Part shown: positions 12,069 to 21,423 of the stretch, in pieces | How positions within the stretch are numbered: position 1 is the first letter of the stretch | Layout: every line of letters begins with the position of its first letter | Source: Proteromonas lacertae | Lineage: Eukaryota | Reading direction: 5' to 3' | Assembly (NCBI GenBank): GCA_002245135.1 | Contig: NGBS01000901.1 | Span: 62,001-83,423, forward strand | Length of the DNA stretch: 21,423 nucleotides | The notes under the pieces: model-generated | Seen by the model: only the letters and a program-made list of their open reading frames with translations | The model's database searches: none | What the model was told of the DNA's origin: nothing | Translations under genes and position numbers: made by a program

Positions 12069-14401
12069 ATGAATGAAATGAAGGAGATAATAAAGCAGAT
12101 ACAACCGAATTCAGAAGTATTTAATATATTGTATATATAATGAAAATAGATAAGAAGAGAAGTGAAATTGCTGAAATTTAAGAGTATATATGAAATAAAA
12201 GTATCAAATGACATAAAAATCATAAAAATGTATGAATTGAAGAAGATTCCAAATAATAAATTGATGAAATATAAAGAGAATATGTTAATGATCGAAAATT
12301 TAAGTGATAAATATATGAAAAGTGAAATGAAAATGAGTGATGATAATAACTATGTAATGATTAATCGAAATAAATATGATATTGATTTAAAATATCTGAT
12401 ATACAATAGTGAAAATGAAATATCCGTGAATGATGTGATATTATCAATATGTGAAAATATGAATATATTAAATGAGAATGAAATATATAATATGAATTTG
12501 AAAAGTTCCAATATAATAAATGAAAATGGTTTAATGAAAATGTGTGATATTAGTTTAAATGAATTGAGATGCGAAGATGAAATGAGAATAGAAATGAGTA
12601 AAATGGATTATATAAGTTATGAAGAATTGATTGGATTAGAATGTGATGAAGGAAGTGTGATTTGGTCAATTGGATGTATATTATATGAAATGATTTGTAA
12701 GAAATTACCTTTTAATGAAGATGATAATATGAATAAAACAATGAACAACATAATAGAATGTAAATGGAAAGTAAAAATCTGTATAAATCCATTCTATTAC
12801 AATATTCTATCCCAAATCTTCGTAAAAGAAAAATCAACTCGAATGAGTATAAAAGAGTTGTATAAAAAAATGATCAAAATGAGTGAAATGTGGAGAGATG
12901 AAAATAGTAATGTAATGATGTGTAAAGAACGAAAAGAAATGTTATTGAATATTGATTATTTAATAGAAATAATACCATTTAATTTTCAATCAGAATATTA
13001 TCTTCAATATAATAGATATGAAAGTATAAATAATACTATAATTAATATTTGAATAGAAATTCGAGATTCATTGATAAGATCTTACAACAATAAACCTAAT
13101 AATAGAATATTATCATTATTATTGATGATGGAATTATACAAAGATGATGAATCAATAAAAAACAGATTGAAATTTCAAATTTATCACAAATGTGAAGGAT
13201 GTGTAAAAGAATGTTATTTAGACAAGAAGATGTTTAATCTTCGACGTTTTTATGGTAGTATTTACATTGAATTAAGGGAGGGTTTTTGTTGTGAAGAAGG
13301 AATGAATTATTTCTTCAGGATATTGAAGTTAATCAATCCAACACACTTCAATTTTTGTATAATTCTAATTATTATATTTGTATAGATTATCTATCAGTCA
13401 ATAATCATCAATTATTATTTGGGTCTTTATTCTCTCAATTATCAAATCTACAAGAATTGGCTTTATTTGATTGTCATCTTACTTCTGATTTTGTTGAATC
13501 ATTTGTTAAATCAATTCCATTCATGAAATTGAAATATGTAAATCTTCGATGTATTAATTTGTTTTAATATTCCTTGAAATAGATAATCCAATTGGTCCAA
13601 TAGGATTCAAATTATTAATTCCATATTTACATTTATTAATTAGCAAATATAATGAATTGAATTTTTATAATATGAATTTAAATGATGAATCAATGATATT
13701 ATTATCAGAAGAATTATATAAATATCCAAATCTTAAGAAAATAATAATTTGGAGTAATGATAATATCCATTCAAAAGGATTCAAAGCATTATTCGCCAAA
13801 TCTTTTGTTTTTAAAATAAAATTTGATTTTAATATTAATAACAAAGAATTACTTATTGATAAAGATATTCCAGAATTAATCAAAAAAATCCAAGATGATA
13901 ATTATAATTTATTATATTTATCCAAATTTCAAATTGATGATGATTTTTTCAAAGATTTTATTTTATTAAGATTAAATGAGTTTAAAAAAATAGAGGAATT
14001 AGATTTGAGTAGTATAATTTGATATTTTTCTATTGCTTAGATAATAGACTAACAAGTAAAAGTATAGAAATACTGATTAACAATTTATCTTCATTTCCAA
14101 ATCTTAAACGTCTCAAACTATATGGTAATGAAATTGGTGATGAAGGAATGAAAATATTATCTCCACATTTACATTTATTAGGAAGTTATATTGATTGTTT
14201 AAGTATATTTATTGTTGTGTATATTATATAGATATGGGATTATCTTCAGTTGGATTGAAGTATTTAGTAGATGGGCTTAAGAATATTCATGAAGAGATTA
14301 ATCTTGATATAAGAAACAATAATATAGATTTTGATGGAATAAATTACTTAGAGAATTTTATGAAAGAAAATAAAAATATAATTAAACACTATTGTTATTA
14401 A
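12069..14401 (+). CDS. Pseudokinase (NEK-like C-lobe) fused to C-terminal RNI-like leucine-rich repeats
   Basis: ATG 12069, intron 12117-12149, then ORF 12162. Further small introns (e.g. 13024-13056) link to the LRR exons; stop at 14399-14401. Kinase remnants: YNMNLKSSNII (for HRDLKxxN), MCDIS (for DFG), YISYE (for YxAPE), IWSIGCILYEMICKKLPF. LRRs: LSNLQELALFDCHLT, FPNLKRLKLYGNEIGDEG, INLDIRNNNIDFDG. Confidence 0.8.
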
Positions 14402-14541
14402 ATTGAAATAAAAATTATGAATTTCTTTAAAAGTAAAAACATAAATTATTCTAATGTTGTTTAAAATGATTATATAAATTCTATTAATGAATAACTAAAT
14501 ATTTATTTATTTATTAACAATAACCAATTAATTTTAAATTA

Positions 14542-15250
14542 TTAAATATCAAAATCTATATCTTGATTTAATTTGTTATGATCAAAAAAGATTATTATTG
14601 CAGTTATATTATCATTAGAACCACGCAATAAAGCTTCTTGAATTAAACTATCACAAGCATTTTGAAGATCATTTGTTTCATTGATCTTTTCTAATATAAA
14701 ATTCACTACTTCTTGAGATGTCATTGAATCATATAAACCATCACTTGCTATTACACAAAATATATCATCATTTATTAAGATTTCTTCACTTACATCAGGT
14801 TTCTATTCATTTATAATAATATTTATATATATATATATATATATATTCATACAACTGTTAATGGATCATCTAAAAATCTTTTTCTCCAACATTTTTCTTT
14901 TAACAATTTATATTCAATATCACCAAATCCACGACTAACTCCCAATATTCCATTTAATCGATTATTTGTTACCCAACCACCAGCACTTTCAATTCTCAGC
15001 TTTTCATCTGGTAGAAACGGTTTGTGATCTTTTGTCAAATCAACTGCTTCACCATTCCTGCATAATACAACTCGACTATCACCACTATGACTTATATATA
15101 ATGTACTTTGACGTAATAGCACTACAGCTCCTGTACTTCCACTATAATCAATATGAGCTTGTTTGATTAGATTCTCCATATGATTTAAACATTTCTCACC
15201 ACTTAAAATTGTACTACTATTATTTATACTATGTTGGGATTGTTGTGTTA

Positions 15251-15284
<34 letters not shown>

Positions 15285-16934
15285 CATTGGATTTGGATTT
15301 AAACTATCACCTGATAATAATAATAAATTATCTTTATCACTTTCACCATTTTCTTTCCCTTTTAATATCACATTTGCACTTTGGCTTCTACTGTTACTAT
15401 CAGCTATTGATACTCGACGACTTTTATTATTCATATTACTTGGACTTATTATATTTGTTGGACTTACACTGATATTATTAATTGTTATAGATTGTAATGG
15501 AGATATTACATCCACCGATTTACATCCATATAAATCATAATTCATTGGTGATAAAGAATTACATTTCATTAAGATTGAATGATGATTTTCATTCTTTTTA
15601 CGATTATTACAACTTTCTTCATATTTCAATACTAATTTCTTATACAAATTTATATCTAAATCATTTACACTATTATTTATCCATTCTTTATCTAATTCTA
15701 TAAATGTATTAGTTAAAGCATTTAAAGTATTTCTCATAAAATTCGGTTGTTCCATCAAAATTCGAGGGAAATTCTTACATAAAAATTCTGCACATTCACT
15801 TCCATTATGTCCATCAAATACTCCAAATAACCCTTGTTCTGTACTTACTTGTTTTGTATAATTATTATAATCCAATATACATAAATGACGATCTTCCATA
15901 TAATTTGGTGAACCTTTTATTGCACAAGTTGCTACTTTTATCATTAAACTATCATTACTCATCGTTGTACTGACATTCACTGTTCGAGGTAATACTCCTT
16001 TATATTTCGATACTTTACGATTCACTAGTAAACTATCTACTAAATCTTCCATAAATAAATCACCACCACTTAAATTCTCTAATTCATAATCACTTTCTGA
16101 ATCATTATCAGATAATGATGAAGCAGATCTTTGAGCTCGGCTTGTTCGTTTTAATGCTTTGTGAGTGTCAAACCTTCCTGCTGAACTTGATCGTTTCAAA
16201 TGATTTCCACCATTTTCATTATTTATTATCACTTTATTATCACTTGTATTACTTAATCGATTTATTTTTATACTTCCATGTCGAATTAAATTCTTCCCTT
16301 TTTTCTTTTCTCGTTTTTCACTTCTTTCTCTCATTATTTGTAATAAATATTTACTTCTTTCACCTTTCCCTTTAGGTAATTCAAAGAACTTTCGCATCTG
16401 TTCTTCATAGGCTGTTTCCATCAAATCATTTGGATTTATTATGGATATTGAAGTACCACATCTTGGTCTTTGAATTGGACTTGTTATTTCACCTGCTGAT
16501 TTACGATTCTCTCGACCTTTTGCAGTTTGTCTTACACAATCAACATAACTATTGAATCTTTGAGCTCGAGCCTTTTTACGATCACTTTTACTTTCATTTA
16601 TTTGTTCTTCACCCACTGTATTACTATTACTTCCATTTGTCATATCATTCGATTGTAATGAACCAGAAGAACAATATGATGATGGAGTTTGTTGTTGTTG
16701 TTGTTGTAAAGAAAAATCATCATTTATTCCAAATATATCTTTATTACATTCATCTGGTTTGAATATCTGTTTTAATAATCCACTTGGTCTAGTTACTGTT
16801 GAATCTATTGCATTTCTCTTACGATTTTGTTGTTGTTGTTGTTGTTGAATATGTGTTCGAGAATTTCGAATCCATTTCTCTAATCCATTGTGAAGTAATT
16901 CTCTTACTTTCCAATGATCTAACGTTACTGGCAT
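14542..16934 (-). CDS. PP2C/PPM-family phosphatase domain with low-complexity linker and insert; probably the C-terminal half of the upstream kinase gene
   Basis: YMEDRH, GLFGVFDGHNG, SGSTGAVVLL, SHSGDSRVVL, LTKDHKP, LGVSRGFGD, intron 14852-14803, then KPDV..VIASDGLYD..RGSNDNITAIII; stop 14542. All metal-binding Asp motifs are present. Confidence 0.93.
15241..15282 (-). repeat. CAA poly-glutamine tract (others at ~16688-16706 and ~16828-16847)
   Basis: (TTG)n on the plus strand encoding Q runs in the kinase-PP2C linker and PP2C insert. Confidence 0.9.
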
Positions 16935-18370
16935 TATTCACTTCATCATCTGTTAAGATTAATTTGTGTTTATTTGTATATATTAATGGATTTATTCCAC
17001 ATTTCGTTGTCCAACGATGAACTCGAGCTTGATCTAAAGTCATTCGATTTTCTATTTCTTTGGTTAATAATTTGGTTATTAAATCTATCAAATCTGGATC
17101 TGTTCCTTTAGGAAATGAAGGTGTTTTGGAATGAATTGCTTGAAATAATTCTATTTGTGTACTACCAATAAATGGTGGTTCACCAAATAGAAAGTAATAT
17201 AATGATATTCCCATTGCCCAAATATCACTCAATGGATTTATACTTGCTGAAGCTTCCCATAATTCAGGAGCCATAAAGGCAGGAGAACCATTCACTTTAT
17301 TTTCACGAGTTAATCTCGAGATACCGACGATTGTTTGTTGTGCTTCACCAAAATCACTGATTTTCACTTTTCCACTATTTGTTACTAGTAAATTTGATGG
17401 TTTTATATCACCATGAACGATTCCTTGTTGGTGTAAATATGTTAAACCTTGAATTATATCACGAAAATAACTCCAAGCAGTTTTTCTATATAAATCAATA
17501 TAAATATAAATCACTATACAGTTTCTAAAGGTCGACATTTAATAGCACTTTCTGGTAAAGCAACTCCTCCTTCAACATGTTCTAATATCAAATAAACTTG
17601 ATTACTTCGTGGATCATCTATTACTTCATATAATCTAACTACATTTGGATGATTGAGTTTTTTCATTATTGCAATTTCTCTCATTAAACATTCATTTGCA
17701 GTCTATACATATAATAATAAAATAAATAGAAATTTATATTTATACTGGATCAGTATGACCTGTTTTTATTGATTTATTTAATATTTTTATTGCATATTGA
17801 TTTTTTTGAAGGATCTTCGCACAATTCTACTTTACCATGAGCTCCTGCTCCTAATTTCTTTATTATTTTGTATTGATTGATATGTCTATTGCCACTTTGA
17901 TCTACTTGTAACTTTAATAGATTTGTTTGTTCCATTGGTTTATCAATTGTTACATGTCGTTTTAATTTTGCATGAACATTTTCACCTATATCACAAGCTA
18001 TTGTACTGTTCTTTTTTGCATTTTCTTGAGCTTCTCTTTCATGGGATGTTGTGGAATTTCGAGGTGATTCGTTTGTAAGCCAATCATATACTTCAGGATT
18101 ATCACATTCTTCAGAACAATAAGACATACCAACTGATCCTATTGATTGACGTGCATGTCTCCCACCTACAACAGATTGACCAATTGGTCTGACTGAAGGT
18201 TTTATTATATTGTTAGATGATGATGGTAGATTTCGAGATGAATTCTGTTGACTTCCACCATTTTGATTTTTAAAAGCATTCTCATGTATATATAATTTCA
18301 CTGTTTTAATTTCAACACCTGATTCAAAAAAATTTGGAACAATCACAGGGCTAGAACCGGTACAACCCAT
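16819..18370 (-). CDS. CaMKK-like (CAMKK/GRIK/Sak1-type) Ser/Thr kinase with N-terminal myristoylation/palmitoylation motif; frameshifted in this sequence
   Basis: Start MGCTGS. INQYKIIKKLGAGAHGKVEL; YAIKILNK (needs 1-nt correction at 17801-17807); REIAIMKKLNHPNVVRLYEVIDDP..YLILEHVEGG; YLHQQGIVHGDIKPSNLL; KISDFG; GSPAFMAPE; DIWAMGISLY. Introns at ~17744-17703 and 17519-17486. Confidence 0.9.
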
Positions 18371-18471
18371 TATTTTCTTTCCAGAATTCTAAATTCACGA
18401 AATATTAATAAGAATTAATAAACAAACTGATAAAAAGCTTGAAGGCTTGTCATTCAACATTTTAGTTTTTA
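18371..18471. promoter_or_regulatory. Putative bidirectional promoter (101 bp between divergent ATGs)
   Basis: Kinase ATG at 18370 (-) and MCM5 ATG at 18472 (+) are head-to-head. Confidence 0.6.
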
Positions 18472-20753
18472 ATGAATTGGGATTCAGGTGAGATTTATTA
18501 TTCAGATCAGCATTTAGTAGATGCTAGCGAATCATCTACTTTAGAACCTTTACAAGCTCAAACAAAGTTTCAAGAGTTTTTAAGGGATTATCGTGAAAAT
18601 AATGTTTATATATACCGGTATATTTAAGTATAATTATATTTTCTTTTACTAGAAAATCATTATTGGAAAATTTCAACAGAGGTGAATATTTTGTAGAAAT
18701 TGATTTAGCTCATTTAGGAATATTCAACAATATTCTACTTGATGTATTACAGAGAGAGCCAAATTCTTATTTACCACAAGTACATCATATATAATGTTTA
18801 TTTGTTCTTAATAGTTTGAAATTGCAGCTCAAAAAGTAGTGGAAGATGAATTAAATGTAGAAAATTCTCCCTCAATCAATGTATTATTAAAAAGTTCTCA
18901 AAGTTCAGTTTCAATCGATCATTAAATGTATAAATGAAATGAATTTTAATATTATATATATAAATAGGCAAATCATGTGAATAAACTAGTGAGTATTTCA
19001 GGATTAATAATCAGTGCATCTCGTTCAAGACCAAAAGCTATCAAAGTTGCAATACGTTGTTCAAATTGTAATTATTTAAAGTATATTCCAGTTCCATCTG
19101 CATTTGGAAATGTTCAATTACCTCGAAGATGTGATCGTCCTAGAAATGAAAATGAACAAGAATGTCCACTTGATCCATTTGTAATAGTAAGTGATAGAAG
19201 TGTTTATGTTGATCAACAAAGTTTAAAGTTACAAGAAATTCCTGAAGAAGTTCCAACAGGTGAAATACCTCGTCATATTTTATTAAGTGTGAATAGATAT
19301 TTAGTTGATAAAGTCAGTCCAGGATGTAGGGTAAAAATATTAGGTATTTCCAATGTGTTTAATGGTAAAGACACTTCAGTTAATGGAATTGGAATTAGAA
19401 CTCCGTATATGAATGTTGTTGGATTGAAATTAGAAAATGAAGGAAGAGGTAGAAGTGATGTTAATTTTACAAGTGAAGAAGAAAATGAATTTCTTCGAAT
19501 GTCTAAAGATAAAGATATTTATGAAAAATTATGGAAATCAATAGCTCTCAAATTAGTGGTTCTTATACTGTTGATATGAAGAAAGCAATTTGTTGTTTGT
19601 TATTTGGTGGAAGTAGAAAAGTTTTACCTGATGGAATGAAATTGAGAGGTGATGTGAATGTGTTATTTTTAGGAGATCCATCAACAGCTAAAAGTCAATT
19701 CTTGAAATTTGTAGAAAAAATAGCTCCAATTGGTATATATACAAGTGGTAAAGGAAGTTCAGCCGCTGGTTTAACAGCAAGTGTAATAAAAGATAGTAAT
19801 GGTGAATTCTATTTAGAAGGTGGTGCAATGGTATTAGGTGATGGAGGTGTAGTTTGTATAGATGAATTTGATAAAATGAGAGAAAGTGATCGAGTAGCAA
19901 TCCATGAAGCAATGGAACAACAAACAATATCAGTAGCAAAAGCTGGAATAACCACAATATTAAATAGTCGAAGTAGTATATTAGCTGCAGCAAATCCAGT
20001 TTATGGAAGATATGATGATAGTAAAAGTAGTAGTGAAAATATCGATTTTCTACCAACAATTCTAAGTCGATTTGATTTAATCTTTATAGTTCGAGATATT
20101 CGAAATGAAGAAAGAGATAAAAATATGGCTCATCATATAATCAACATTCATTTAAATATGAATATGAATAATAATGGTGTAAATGATAATAATAATGAAA
20201 ATGGAATAATAAGTAATGAATTATTAAAGAAATATATAAATTACTGTCGACATAATTGTGCTCCTCGTTTGAGTAATGAAGGAATGGAAGAATTAAAAAA
20301 TTATTATGTAAAAATCCGTGAAGATGTTCGAATTAGAGCTAATGCTGAAGGAAGTGCCAATCCTTCAATTCCAATAACAATTCGTCAATTAGAAGCAATA
20401 ATTCGAATAAGTGAAAGTTTAGCTAAGATGAGTTTAAATATGAATGCTAGTGTAGAGAATGTGAAAGAAGCGATGAGATTATTTAATGAAAGTACAATGA
20501 ATGCATGTCGAAGTGGTTTAGTATTAATGAGTGATAATTTAAGTGATGATTTAAAGAAACAGATAGAGAAAGCTGAGAATAGTATAAATCGTCGATTAAG
20601 TGTTGGTTCAATCGTAGTAGTTGATAAATTGATAAGAGAGTTAGAGAATATAGGTTTAAATGGTTATGCAGTTCGTCGTGCTATTCAATTGTGATAAGTA
20701 AAGGAGATTATATAAATCAAAACAACGAAAAAACAATGAAAAGATTAAAGTGA
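18472..20753 (+). CDS. MCM5: DNA replication licensing factor MCM5 (three introns; three apparent 1-nt deletions)
   Basis: [13 protein letters not shown] start; introns 18618-18652, 18780-18814, 18928-18967. Zn finger [40 protein letters not shown]5-type [12 protein letters not shown]; Walker [41 protein letters not shown]. Frame restored by +1 nt at ~18916, ~19547 and ~20688, giving C-terminus ..ISKGDY..TMKRLK* (TGA 20751-20753). Confidence 0.96.
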
Positions 20754-21423
20754 AAAATTGTAGTTTATTATTTGATTAATTTTGAATATTTGTATTATTA
20801 TTTTGATATATAGTCATACATATGCTTATATTACCTTAAAGTGAGTATTTCACTTTAGATAGTAATTAACTCATCTCCATACATCTTTAAAACAATTATT
20901 TTATCTAACTAATTGATAAATATATTGATTATTGATTATAAGATGGAAATAAAGCAAAAAAAATGAATTTCAATTTCAGAATGTTCTAGAAATTTCTTCA
21001 TTTATTGTTTTTATAATTTTAATTTTTAGAGAGATTAATTGTCACTAATTAGATATTAAAGATAAATAAAATAATTTATTAATCTCTTGAGAAAATAATA
21101 AATTAAATTAATTTATTAAACAGTTTTGCACAACAATTAAATACACTTAAGATTATAAAAATAAAAAAAAACAATCAAACCAGGAAATTTTTATCTATTT
21201 GAAGGACAAATACATGGATTTCAAAAACAGAAAAACAAATACCCTTAGTAAAATAAATGATATATTTTGTAAAAAATACAATTCCTTTAAATAAAATTCT
21301 TCATTCTGATACAATATTTTATCAATATAGAAATTTAACAAATAAAATTCAATTCTAAAAATGTTTAATGATTTAAAATTTGAATAACACGACTATTTAA
21401 AATATCTTCCAACAACCTATATT

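Noticed and set aside
17774..17810. Euplotes-style +1 programmed frameshift at AAA-TAA ending the first kinase exon
   Set aside because: The catalytic YAIK motif lies in the shifted frame upstream of AAA-TAA, so the shift must occur earlier. Other frameshifts in the window go in both directions with no shared motif.
18396..18402. CACGAAA (yeast SCB cell-cycle box) upstream of MCM5
   Set aside because: SBF is fungal-specific and nothing else suggests a fungus; a single 7-mer is weak evidence.
20754..21423. Possible gene or RNA in the terminal AT-rich stretch
   Set aside because: No convincing ORF, splice pattern, tRNA fold or repeat array is visible.

Overview
Very AT-rich (roughly 20-25% GC by eye), gene-dense eukaryotic nuclear DNA. 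Genes carry many tiny GT..AG introns (mostly ~26-50 nt) and intergenic gaps of ~100-140 bp. The small introns plus TGTTTGTT just downstream of some stop codons suggest a low-GC Blastocystis-like stramenopile (inference). Gene models spliced by hand, left to right: (1) a minus-strand calpain-7/PalB-like protease (MIT-like x2, CysPc, C2-like, coiled coil) that appears to continue across a 1-nt frameshift into an Hsp110/Hsp70-like ATPase domain running off the window; (2) a minus-strand receptor with signal peptide, periplasmic-binding/Venus-flytrap-like ectodomain, class-C-like 7TM and C-terminal RGS domain; (3) a small hypothetical gene; (4) a 491-bp inverted copy of the MCM5 AAA+ core with one visible mismatch, in decayed sequence; (5) a plus-strand pseudokinase-LRR gene; (6) a minus-strand N-acylated CaMKK-like kinase apparently fused to a PP2C phosphatase; (7) MCM5, head-to-head with the kinase. 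About seven single-base frameshifts, mostly in short homopolymers, interrupt otherwise intact genes and are most likely consensus errors. The most interesting content is the three unusual multidomain fusions.
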